From contig CM060732.1 of the NCBI GenBank assembly GCA_030704615.1, positions 1 to 64,000 on the forward strand: 64,000 bases of DNA, given 5' to 3'. The DNA comes from Takakia lepidozioides (taxonomy: Eukaryota > Plantae > Bryophyta). Shown here in pieces: positions 50,701 to 62,493 of the stretch. The position numbers were made by a program, and so were the translations under genes. Position 1 is the first letter of the stretch. Each line of letters starts with the position of its first letter. Under the pieces are notes generated by a model. The model was not told the origin of the DNA and searched no databases. It saw only the letters and a list, made by a program, of their open reading frames with translations.

Positions 50701-52165
50701 AGGCATGTATGTACATTTTGGTTTTCCGGCGCCACGCAAGTCTGTGCCGACTTCCCATCTTACAAGTTTTTTTGCTCTATTCAGGGACTCAGTTTGGAGG
50801 AGGACGTGGACATGCCGAATGTGAATATGTCAGAATCGATTCACGCAAGCTGGCAAGTAGGGAGTGGCTCCGTGAAATCGGACATGTACATGGCAACACG
50901 ACATGATATTGTGCGTGCGTGCCTGCAGACATCCGGGTACCGTTTGTTCCTTAATAGGGGCAGAAAAGGAGTTGGACCCAGCCGAGAGGATTTGCTGGTG
51001 CGCGCGGCATCGAGGTCAAGTGACCCAAAGAAAATGGCGGAGGCTCTAAAGACATTTGTGGTTGGAACACCACTGCATAACCGTGCGGATGGCTTGGAAG
51101 GTGACCTTCTCACACGCACAACAAAGAGGAAGATTTTCGTCCACAATCTGGATGAGGAGGAGGATCAGCATTCACGGCGGTCTGATATGAAACTGCGGAC
51201 TGGACCGAGGCGGGCTTCAGGCGCAGGTGGCTCCCGAGTGCATGTGGAGGATGTGGATGAGGAGGACGACATGGCACCTCCCGACTACAACGGTGTTCCA
51301 CAGCAGTACGGAAAACCAGTGTTGGAGACTTCAGTGTCCACTGCTAATTGGCATATTGCAAGAACAAGGGACTTGTCACGCGCCCAATGTTGGGGTATTC
51401 GGGTTGACAGCGGGCAGCCCTGTAAGCAGTAAATCCGTCCTTCGAGATCGTCTGGCATCCCAGCTCCAAAGTACATTGGAATGTGCCACAACCCAGTTTT
51501 TGCAAAACCGAAATTGCATGAGTTCTGGTTTTGTCCTCAAGACATTCAACAGTGTGTTCGTGGGGGAGTCCACCAAGATGCGAAGGACAGACCTGAGCCA
51601 CACAGGTATGGCCTGTGATGGCAGGAACAGATTTGACTCAGGAGGAAATTAACTCATTGGATGCAGCCGGGTTTTGCCTGGTCCCCAGGGATGATATCCC
51701 ACGATTTCAAATGGTGGAGGACGTTCGTGCCCACCAACCCGCAGCTCATCGGAATCAGGACTATTACCCAAATGCAAATGGGGCAAGCAATATAACCGCA
51801 AAAAACAGACAGCTCTTAATAGGACGACGATCGGATTGGCGATGTCGCTACGAGGTATCGTTCAGAGCTTCCGTGATGTTCCTCGACCGGGGATGGGAAG
51901 AGTTTACACCATCAGTACTTCCGGCTCAGCGACCAACGGGCAGGTTTATAATGTCTCAATTGGCATTTACCCGGACTGCACATGTCCCGACTTTGTGAAG
52001 ATGCACAATCTGAAGGAATGGTACACCCATTGCAAGCACATTTACTGGATTTTTCTTCGGCGTCTCCGCTGTTGTGCTGACAGCCCCTTAATTAATTATC
52101 CTACTTTGAGTATGAACAAGGCCAGTGCAATGCTTCGCCATGATCCCTGCGTGTGGGTGGAATAA
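47713..52165 (+). pseudogene. MULE-type DDE transposase with Cys-rich N-terminal region and C-terminal SWIM finger
   Basis: CVGSLKC..TCPFF and CSIC...C...HVGCHTH; core VMFDNVKRINGWSTMACHVY...MADNANANWAAVR...TCRFHW...NMSESIHASW (D..D..CxxH..E); SWIM PDCTCPDF..CKHIYWIF. Introns at about 48496-48789 and 50048-50783; multiple stops. Confidence 0.85.
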
Positions 52166-53033
52166 CATCATCAGAAGCGTCCTTCTGCGAGCAAAGATGA
52201 GGAGCATTTGCCTATGATACTGCCTTATATTCTGCATCCACCGCTTTCCGTTCCACAGTTCTTGTTTTCTAAGCCAGCAAATTCCATTCCATACGTCTAT
52301 TGCCACTGGCCGGGAAGGGTCTTCTACTATTCTGCAAGTCTGTGCCGACATACCGATGAGCGGTCTCTGAGTTTTTGCGAGTGTTCTTCCAGTTTGTCTT
52401 TTATCCTTGTTCAAAAATTGCAAAACCATAACATTTTTGTGTATTTTCCTATGTTGTGAAGTTGACCGAGGTGGTGTGTTTGAAGCCCAGTAGTCATGCC
52501 GAGCGCATTCCATAGTGGGATAGGAAATGGCAAGTCTGTGCAGTCTTTTAGTACATACCAGTGCGGAATCGGACAAGTCTGTGCCGACTTCTCAACTGGA
52601 ACTTGTGAAAAATTAAAAAAACTCATAACATTAAATACATACATATTAAACTATCATTTAAAGATTACAAGCATCAAATGGGCCCCACAAGTCTGTGCCG
52701 ACTTATGGGAAATGGACAGTCCGTCATCATGAAATGGTCAAATTTCACCGCGGTTATAGAAGGAAGACCTATTTCCGTGGTAGCCCCCTCACCTCTTTGG
52801 AAGACCACAGTATTGTGGAAGTCGACACCGACTTACAGATGCAGGACAACCCCCGAACCTACCTCAGCATCCAAACCTACCTCCAATATCCTCTGATCCG
52901 GGGATATCTTGGATATTTTAACTGTCAAAAATGCAGAAATGCATCCACAGCGGGACTGGAATTGGGGAATATTCCCCAATATATGCTCTGCTCATGCTTA
53001 AATGTGCTCATTGCTCATAGAAAATACAGACCC

Positions 53034-53445
53034 GACCTTCTGTGTAAGTCCAAGGTGTGGGTATGGAACACCTTTTGTGGCAAAGCTTTTGCCGAGTTGA
53101 AGCAGCGGATGGTGGAAGCTCCAGTCTTGAAAATCCCGGAGTTCGACCGTCCATTTGAGATTCATACAGATGCGTCGGATTTCACAATTGGGGGTGTGCT
53201 CATGCAGGATGGACGTCCAGTGGTTTACGAAAGTAAGAAACTGAATGAAGTGGAGCGACGGTGGCCTCGCATGAGAAAGAAATGAAGGCGGTGGCACATT
53301 GCCTTGAGCTTTGGCGCCACTATGTTGGTTCCAACCTGGTGAAGGTGTTCACAGACAATGTCACGGTGACGTATTTTGCCACGTAGCCTAAGTTGTCCCC
53401 AAAAACACTTAGGTGGCAAGACGCTTTGGCGGTGTTCGACGTGGA
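53034..53445 (+). pseudogene. Chromovirus RNase H fragment (continuation of copy A)
   Basis: [22 protein letters not shown]..., colinear with 59661-60065. Confidence 0.9.
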
Positions 53446-53604
53446 CCCGGTGTGCGGGGCTCCACCTAGTGAGCGCCTCCGCCTCCTTGAGTGCCTTGGG
53501 CATTCAAGGGTCAGCCCCCGTACCTATCGCTGCCACTGCCCCCACCACAGGGGCAGCCCCTCTTGCATCCCGACCCCCTGCCCTCAAGGCAAAGGGCCGC
53601 GACA
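53446..53604 (-). repeat. Chromovirus LTR 5' portion, reverse orientation
   Basis: Reverse complement of the LTR start TGTCGCGGCCCTTTGCC. Confidence 0.88.
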
Positions 53605-53607
53605 CAC

Positions 53608-54452
53608 ACCCCTACCAACAGGGAGTCGAAGTCCTCATCGACTTGTCCATTTTGTAGAAATGAACATCCAAGTTGTGGCGTCCCACATCAAGGAGTTTGT
53701 TTCTGTACCATGGCGTCCCATGGCAAAGAACCAAACCCCACACTTGACTCTACTCTCCACTAGCTAGTTAGGCCAACTTCCTCCAAGTCCCGGCCAAGGG
53801 TGGAGCCTCTCAAGCCCCACCCAGTGCACGCTTCTTGGCCTACTTCAAGGCCAAAGAACGATCCTCCCCAATGATCAAATTGCCTTACTGCAACAACATT
53901 GCTTGCGACCGCTCATGATGTCGCTTTTGGCATCACCTTGAGCAAGGGTTCACCTTGAACCCTTTTTGACTAGGAAGATAACCTTGAACTAACCATGCGC
54001 CCCAATCACTACCGTACCTCAGGCCAGCATTCCAAGGCGGACCCAATTGTAGTGATTGGGGCGCACGGTTGGTTCAAGGTTATCTTCCTAGTCAAAGAGG
54101 GTTCCAGGGAACCCTTGCTCAAGGTGATGCCAAAAGCGGCATCATGAGCGGTCGCAAGCAATGTTGTTGCAGTAAGGCGATTCGATCCTCGGGGAGGATC
54201 GTTCCTTGGCCTTGAAGTAGGCCAAGAAGAGTGCACTGGGAGGAGCTTGAGAGGCTCCACCCTTGGCCGGGACTTGGAGGAAGTCGGCCGAACTAGCTAG
54301 TGGAGAGTAGAGTCAAGTGTGGGGTTTGGTTCTTTGCCATGGGACGCCATGGTACGGAAACAAACTCCTTGATGTGGGACGCCACAACTTGGATGTTCGT
54401 TTCTACAAAATGGACAAGTCGATGAGGACATCGACTCCCTGTTGGTAGGGGT
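53608..54452. repeat. ~405-bp inverted repeat (53608-54012 / 54049-54452) with 36-bp loop
   Basis: Arms align along their length with scattered substitutions; they probably represent the chromovirus 3' region up to the PPT (GTTGGTAGGGG). Confidence 0.88.
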
Positions 54453-56274
54453 TGTCGCGCGGCTTTTACTCACCCATCCCTTCGCTATCCGAGGCGGAAA
54501 CTCCAAGATAGAAGAGTTGGAAATCTCTAAGTACTCAGCCCGCGCAGAACAATCAGTCATGACCTACAGCTAGTGTATCATGGGGGTGTTTCCTATTTGT
54601 TTCCCTTTCCGCATTCATCTTAGCTACCTTACCATTGATAATTAAGTATCAGTTTGCTTCATCAATCTATCGGTTTCCTTCACTCATCCATTCAATCCAC
54701 AGCTTCTCTCAGATCTCTCTACACAGTGTGATTGTATCTTATAAGTATCAGATTATGATTTATCAGGTATCAGGCCGAAGCCATTATGTCTCTAATCTGC
54801 TCTCCCATATCACTACAGCTTTGCATATAACAAACATCTACTAATCCTCTTTTCTCCTTCACCGTGCTCTCCATCTCTTGCCTCCGATCTCCGCTCCAGC
54901 CTGACTCAGAAGTCCTCCCCGAATAATGATCCCCTCCTTCATTCCCCGTTTCTCCCTTTATCCTCCTATCCGCGGTTCTAACCGTTTCCCTCTCTAACCG
55001 TCGTCTGTGAACTAACATGTTCCCTTCACAGGTGTTGTTCCCCACAGTCATTCCCTGTCCTACTCTTCGTTCCCTATTATCGTGACAGCTGTGTCAAGCG
55101 GTGACTGGCTGTGTTTGGCTGTGTCGGGCTGTGACTGGCTGTGTGGGCTGTGTCTGCTGTGACGACTGTGACGGGCTGTGTGGGCTGTGTCTGTTGTGAC
55201 GACTGTGACGGGCTGTGTTGGCTGTGTCTGCTGTGACGACTGTGACGGGCTGTGTTGGCTGTGTGGGCTGTGACGACTGTGACGGGCTGTGTCGGCTGTG
55301 ACGACTGTGTAACCCCCCTCTACAGTGCGCTGCTGTCACCCCTAAGGCTCCTGTTGGTCTCAGTCTGTGCAAAATTAAGGGTACCCTACAGATCCCATAT
55401 AAGTGTCTAAGTCCCCTACAGTCCTCTAACATTACCCCTTCCCCCCTCAAAAAGCCGTGTCCTCACGGTTTACTGTTTTCGAGTAGCAAACCTTTGTGAG
55501 TGAGCACCTTGTTGACGTTGATAGTTTCGTGGTGGGCTGTGTGTACGAGCCCGAGGTCTGTCTCTGGTTGATGGAGATGGTTGATCACTACCTGGATAAG
55601 TGAGGCCTTCTGGAGGCTGATATCGAGGTAATCTTTCCGGCATAGGAGATCCCCTTTGTTTCTTTTCTTCCATCTGAATTGCATAGTCTTCTCCATGTCA
55701 AAAGAATTCTGTGAAGAAACAGTTGTATCAGAATCCTCATCGCCTCTCAGGTGTTTTAATTTTCGAACTTTTTGTGGAATCATCTGGGGCATACAATGCT
55801 GTCCTACCATGTCTGGAAGTTTGTATTTTACAACTTGGTGTAACCGCTGAACAGCAAAATTGGTGTAGGCACTGAGCTCCTTGTCTGTCCAGATGAGTGG
55901 GGTACCAATTACTGGTGCAGCGTGCAAGTACTTCCATGCCACATGTCCCTTATAGAGAATGTCATCAAGTCCGAATTTCTGTGTTGACAAATGGTTGCAG
56001 GCTGCTTGAAACCATGAACGAATTTGAGAATCCTTCTGCATCATAACTTTTGGGTCATATAGGTACATATGAGGTGGCACCGAAGGTAATACCCAATGAT
56101 CTCCACTGGAGTAACTTTGAAAGCGTGTTTGCATCTTTTGTTGCTCAATGTGGTAACGTACCAGAATGTGGGTCCGCCTTGGAATGCTAGCCTGAGGTAC
56201 GGGAATACTCCGAAGCCGCACTACGACTTCGTCCCGAGGCTACACAATTATAGTACGTGAAAGGAAGCACGTAG
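54453..56274 (-). mobile_element. Gypsy G1-c 3' end (3' LTR 54453-55431, PPT 55432-55449, 3' ORF 55463-56221)
   Basis: LTR homology; PPT GAGGGGGGAAGGGGTAA; internal part homologous to 28293-28560; cut at 56275 by chromovirus B. Confidence 0.88.
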
Positions 56275-59200
56275 TGTCGCGGCCCTTTGCCTTGAGGGCA
56301 GGGGGTCGGGACACACGAGGGGCTGCCCCTGTGGTGGGGGCAGCGGCAGCGATAGGTATGGGGGGGCTGAAGCACCCTTGAGTGCCCAAGGCACTCAGGG
56401 TAGCGGAGGCGCTCACTAGGTGGAGCCCCGCACACCGGGTTGCGGTGGGGGTGGCTCCACAAGGGGTAGTGGTAGCTTAGCGGGACTTAGTGGGGGTGGC
56501 ATAGGACTCACCATGGGGGCGGAGACCTCGTGGTGGGAGTCGTGGGGAGTCTTGGGACTCATCACGGTCCATAGGGGCCGTGGTGAGTGGGCCAAGACTC
56601 ACCGCGACTCATCACCGGGAGTCGAGGGTTTTCGTGGTGGTTCGCCATAAAATGGCATGGCTGGTTGTGAAACCCCCGCGGACAGCTACAGAAGTATATA
56701 TAAGGGGAGTAGTGACCCCGAGAATGGTGCAAGCCTGTTGGTGACCAAAAACTAGTGAGTAAGCGAGCGAGCCGGAAAGCAACCAAAGAGTGGGGAGCTG
56801 TTCCGGACTGCCATCTACCAAAGGGAATTCTCCTAGTCCCAAATAGGTGGAGGGTTTAGTGGGAAGCGAAGGGGGACCGTTATGTCCCGGTGAGCAGCCG
56901 AAGCTCCAAGTTGGCCCGGGCGGCCAGGTTGGGAGTCAGGCGCGCGCATCAAAGCGAGTAACTATGACTTCAAGGGGAGCTTATCGAAGTGAGGTGCGCG
57001 ACACTTGGTATCAGAGCTTAGAGTTCAGTACGTGATCGTCCTTGGGATTGGCCTCATCATGGGGTCGGGCAAGCCAAAGCGAAAGCGGAACGGCCCAAAA
57101 GATGATGATCCTGGTGAGCCCGATGGGGGCGACGTGTCACCGAAGCGGCCGTTTGAGGAAGCGACGCAGGTTTCTGAAAGCGAGGCCACCCAAGAGCGGG
57201 AGGAATCCGAGGAGTTGGAGCCCGAGGAATCCGTGAGAGCTCCGACCGACCAACAGATGCCTCCCATGCCGGCAGCCTTTTGGGAAGGGTTGTTGGCGCA
57301 GTTTGGCGGGACGTTGAAAGACGTGTTGAAGGCGGCTAATGCCACTTCCACTAAGGCAAAGTTTAAGGTGAAGCCTAAGGAACCCGGCACCTTCGAGGGC
57401 GTCCGAAATCGGAAGGCACTCAACACCTGGCTCCTGGAGCTAGAGCAGTACTTCCGGGCGGCCAAGTTGAGTGACGAGGATCGGGTGGAAGTGGCTCCCA
57501 CCTATTTGAGGGGCTATGCTCAACAATGGTGGCAGAAACGCCTTCACGACCGAGGTCCAAGCCCGGAAACCTTGGACTGGAGTGGGTTCAAGGAATTGAC
57601 GAAGAGACAGTTTGTGCCCCTCAACGCGTCCTGGCTTGCCCGGGACAAGATGAGGAATTTGAAGCAAACAGATGACATTCGGGGGTATGTCCAGGCTTTC
57701 AATGTGCTGTTGCTCAAAGTCGCGGACATGGCAGAACCAGAAATGGTCTTCAACTTTGTGGCGGGACTGGCCCCATGGGCCAGGCGGAAGTTGGAGGAGA
57801 AGCCACCCAAGACTTTGAACGAGGCAATTGAGAGGGCTGAATGTTTCTCGGATGTCCCTAGGGGTGAGAGACAAGGCCGTACGGAGCTGAACCACAAGAA
57901 GACCCGGCGGGAAGGTGACTCCTCCCGACCGGAAAAGAAGTGGGATAGGCCACACGGCGATAATGGCACGTGGAAATCGAAGGGAGGGCCTTCACACGTC
58001 AAGGCGGCACCCGGTGCTTCAAAAGGAAAAGCGGGTGGAGCGGCTTATGGCGGACAGAAGGCGACCTTTGATGGAGTGTGTTTCAATTGCGGGGAGCCCG
58101 GGCACATGGCCAAGAAGTGCACAAAACCTCGACAATTGAACATGACTCGGGCAACCACGGAGCTGTCGGAAGATACCATCAGTCGCTTGGTGGAAGCGGT
58201 GGTTGCCAGGACCCGTAGGCAACTATTCTTGTGAGTTGTTTCAGGAAACTGGCGCCCTGCGTAAAGGGAGTCAGTTATTGTTCGTGGATGGGATAATATC
58301 CGGAACTAACGTGTCGTTGTTGGTGGATACAGGAGCGTCGCACTCCTTCATGACACCGGCGGCGGCGCGAAAGTTGGGACTCCTGACAAGTGACGTGGGG
58401 GCCTCTATTGAGGTGTGTTCTGCCAAAGGAGAACCACAGTTGGCGACAAGGTTGGCGTTTGATGTTCCTCTTCAACTAGGGAGTTGGGAGGGACGTGAGA
58501 ACTTCACCATCTGCGAGATCGATGGAGTGGATCTCATTTTGGGGATGACCTTTTTGAGCAAATCCGGAGCGGTCATAGATGGCCGCAAGAGAGTAGTCAC
58601 GCTGCCATGTGAGAATGGTGGCAAGGTTTTACAAGTGTCGGAAACGCCCAAATCCGTGGGAGGGCGAATAAACCTTCTGTCAGCAAAGGAGTGGGCCGTG
58701 GAGGAGGCACATGAGCCCCAATTTTTGCTTTACATTAGAGAAGTGAAAGGAGAAGGCGATGGGGAGCCAAGCCCAGATTGGATCAAGGGGATTTTGGAGA
58801 AATACCAGGATGTGATGCCGGAGGATTTACCAAGCGGCTTGCCACCGCGAAGAGGAGTTGACCACAAGATTGAGGTGATACCGGGATCAAAACCGCCTGC
58901 CAAGGCGCCCTACCGGTTGAGCCACAGAGAGTTGGTCGAGCTGAAGACTCAGCTCAAGGATCTAATGTCAAAGGGGTACATCCGGCCGAGTAAGTCACCT
59001 TACGGAGCCCCGGTGCTATTTGCAGACAAGAAGGATGGGACGCTGTGGATGTGTGTCGATTACAGGGCTCTGAATAAGGTGACTATCAAAAACCGGTACC
59101 CTTTGCCAAGGATCGACGACCTCTTCGATCGGTTGGCAGGAGCGAAGTATTTCAGCCGGATCGACTTGCGCTCCGGCTATCACCAAATTCGGGTGGCGGA

Positions 59201-61993
59201 AGGAGATGAGGAGAAGACCGCGTGCAGGACAAGGTATGGTTCATATGAGTTCTTGGTGATGCCTTTTGGGCTCACCAATGCACCAGCAACATTTAGCACG
59301 CTGATGAACAGCCTTTTTCAGGAGTGGTTGGATGACTTTGTGATCGTGTACATCGACGACATCTTGGTGTACTCAAAAACAAAGGAGGAGCACCTGGAGC
59401 ACCTGAAAAGGGTGTTCCAAAAATTGCGAGAAGGGAAGCTGTATGCCAAAGCTTCAAAGTGCGAATTCGGGGTCACAAAAGTGGAGTTCCTGGGGCATGT
59501 GATTACACAGAATGGGATCAAAATGGATGACAGAAAGGTGAGGGCGATCTTGGACTGGGAGCCTCCGACTTCGGTCCCGGGAGTGCGATCCTTCCTAGGA
59601 CTCGCCTCCTATTACCGGAAGTATGTGAGAAATTTCGCCAAGATCGCGGGGCCGTTGTCGGACCTTCTGTGTAAATCCAAAGAATGGAATACATTTTGTG
59701 GCCAAGTTTTTGCTGAATTGAAGCAACGGATGGCGGAAGCTCCAGTCTTGAAAATCCCGGAGTTCGATCGTCCATTTGAGATTCATACAGATGCGTCGGA
59801 CTTCGCGATTGGGGGTGTACTTATGCAAGATGGACGTCTAGTGGCTTACGAAAGTAAGAAACTGAATGAAGTGGAGCGACGGTGGCCGTCGCACGAAAAA
59901 GAGAGGAAGGCGGTGGTGCATTGCCTCGAGCTTTGGCGCCACTATGTTGGTTCCAACCCAGTGAAGGTGTTCACGGACAATGTCACGGTGAAGTATTTTG
60001 CCACGCAGCCCAAGTTGTCCCCAAAACAACTTAGGTGGCAAGATACTTTGGCGGTGTTCGACGTGGATATCCAGTACAAACCGGGACAAGACAACGTGGT
60101 GGCCGATGCTTTAAGTAGAAAGCAGCAGCTCTTGTTGGTGTACAAGGGCGAGACGGCGCTCCAAAAGAAGATCCGGAAGGCTTGCCGGAAGGATGAGCTG
60201 GCAAAGTCCGCGATGCAGGACTTGAGGATGGGGGGTAAATTGCAGTTCCACTTGCAAAATGGACTGCTCCGGTATAAGCAAAAACGTCTCTACGTGCCGA
60301 AGGGAGGGATCAGAGATAGCCTCTTGAGAGAATGCCATGATAGCCCGCTTGCGGGCCACGGCGGAGCCAAGCGCACTGCGTCACTCTTGAAGAAAGAGTA
60401 TTTCTGGCCCAAACTGAGGGAGGAGGCAGAGGAGTATGTCAAGACATGCACCACATGCCAACAAAACCGGAGCGAGTACAAAAAGCAAGCGGGGCTGTTA
60501 TAAATTCCAGAGGGGACTTGGGAAAGCGTCTCGATGGATTTCATGACTGCTATGCCGCTGTCAAAAGGATTCGATGCAAACTTGGTGGTGGTGGATAGGT
60601 TCAGTAAAATGGGCCATTTCATCCCCACCAAGGAGACGACAACGGCGCAGGAGACAGGGCGACTTTACTTCGCCCACGTCTTAAAACATCATGGAGTCCC
60701 GAAGGATATTGTCTCGGACCGCGATCCAAAGTTTATGAGTAAATTTTGGAGGGCACTTTGGAAGAAGATGGGGACGAGGCTGAAGATGAGCACCGCCTTC
60801 CGACCTACGACCGACGGCCAAACAGAAAGGGTGAATTCCGTAGTGAAGCAGATCTTGCGGAATTACGTGTCGGCAGACCAAACAGACTGGGTGGAACACT
60901 TAGACGCGGCAGAGTTCTGTTATAATAACACAGAACACTCCGCAACGGGAGTTTCCCCTTTCGTATTGGTCTATGGAAAAGCACCTCTGGTGCCGACAAG
61001 TTGGGCCGCCCAGGACGTTGAGGAACCGGCAGTAGCGGCGGTACTGGAAGAACGCGAGCGTTTGTTGAAGCTCGCAAAGTACAATATTGCCAAAGCTAGG
61101 AAACGGTATGAAAGGTAGGCGAATCGGAAGCGGAGGGAAGTGAAGTTTGAGGCAGACACAGAGGTCTGGTTGAACATCAAGAATTTCCGACTACCTCCGG
61201 AAGTGAGTCCGAAGTTTGTACCTCCGTATGCGGGACCCTTTCGCATTCGGAAGGTTATGAATGAGGATGTGTATGAATTGGAGCTGCCGGCAAACAGCAA
61301 GGTGCACCCAGTATTCCATGTCTCCCTTTTGCAGCCTTACTTCAAAGATGAAGCGCGTCCGAATCGGCATCAAGTGTTGCGTCCGCCACCTATGCTGTTG
61401 GATCATGAAAATGAACCTAAGTACGAGGTGGAGGCAATACTTAAGTCGAGGAGGTTCAGGAACCGAGAAACAGAGTATCTCGTCAAATGGAAGGGCTATC
61501 ATCATGTGGAGGCATCTTGGGTGCGTGCCTCAGAAATGGGAAACGCATCCAAGGCGGTTGCAGCTTTCGAAGGGCGACCTCAAAAGCGGAAGAAGCGTTG
61601 ATGGGGACATCAACCTTGGAGCGTAGGGGAGGAAATGCATGCTTAGCCCGGCTTAGCTAGCTTAGGAATCCGATTGCGAAAACTTGTATTGTACAAAACG
61701 TGCTATAAATGAAATGGATTCCAAATGTTGTGCGTCCTATTTTGTTTGGAATGGTGATGCATGGTATGGTTGGCTAGTGTGTAGAATGCATGCTAGCTTA
61801 TAAAAGTGGGAGAGGTAAATTGGGTTAATCGTGTGTTTGCGTAGTGCCGAATTCGGGTGACCCCCATCCAAGGGGCAAGGAAACTTGCGCCTTCTTTGGG
61901 AGTTCACGTGCTAGTGCACACCTGGCGCGTGCGCGTACTATAACTGCGCTACCGAGGGGGTTGCCTTGTAGTGCGGGGTAACGCGGAAGCTAC
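56275..61993 (+). mobile_element. Chromovirus Gypsy copy B (Tcn1/Galadriel-like), near full length, 3' end lost in the assembly gap
   Basis: 5' LTR 56275-57003, PBS TGGTATCAGAGC at 57006-57017, then gag, protease, RT, RNase H, integrase and chromodomain. Confidence 0.95.
57059..61601 (+). pseudogene. Chromovirus gag-pol with group I chromodomain
   Basis: CCHC knuckle, DTGASH, YIDDIL, TDASD, HHCC, MDF...SDRD...TE, GPF, and YEVEAILKSR..EYLVKWKGY..EASW. Frameshift near 58215; stops at 60501 and 61116. Confidence 0.93.
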
Positions 61994-62493
61994 NNNNNNN
62001 NNNNNNNNNNNNNNNNNNNNNNNNNNNNNNNNNNNNNNNNNNNNNNNNNNNNNNNNNNNNNNNNNNNNNNNNNNNNNNNNNNNNNNNNNNNNNNNNNNNN
62101 NNNNNNNNNNNNNNNNNNNNNNNNNNNNNNNNNNNNNNNNNNNNNNNNNNNNNNNNNNNNNNNNNNNNNNNNNNNNNNNNNNNNNNNNNNNNNNNNNNNN
62201 NNNNNNNNNNNNNNNNNNNNNNNNNNNNNNNNNNNNNNNNNNNNNNNNNNNNNNNNNNNNNNNNNNNNNNNNNNNNNNNNNNNNNNNNNNNNNNNNNNNN
62301 NNNNNNNNNNNNNNNNNNNNNNNNNNNNNNNNNNNNNNNNNNNNNNNNNNNNNNNNNNNNNNNNNNNNNNNNNNNNNNNNNNNNNNNNNNNNNNNNNNNN
62401 NNNNNNNNNNNNNNNNNNNNNNNNNNNNNNNNNNNNNNNNNNNNNNNNNNNNNNNNNNNNNNNNNNNNNNNNNNNNNNNNNNNNNNNNNNNNN
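61994..62493. other. Assembly gap (500 N)
   Basis: Run of N. Confidence 1.

Larger units (their letters stand above)
41536..53033. mobile_element. Mutator-like element MULE-2 (left end deleted) carrying a transposase and a ParB-methyltransferase-like gene
   Basis: The right terminus (rc GGGTCTGTATTTTCTATGAGCAATGAGC) resembles the MULE-1 TIR and abuts resumed chromovirus pol. Two divergent intron-containing genes and a dispersed GAAGTC-N6-GACTTC motif throughout. Confidence 0.82.

Noticed and set aside
54007-54054. 48-bp mini-CACTA (CACTAC...GTAGTG)
   Set aside because: The ends are part of the long inverted arms and the interior is G1-derived, so it is not supported as an element.
58203-58234. 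Programmed gag-pol frameshift in chromovirus B
   Set aside because: Copy A reads in frame here (AKTCKVGNYS), so B has a small deletion, and there is no slippery heptamer.
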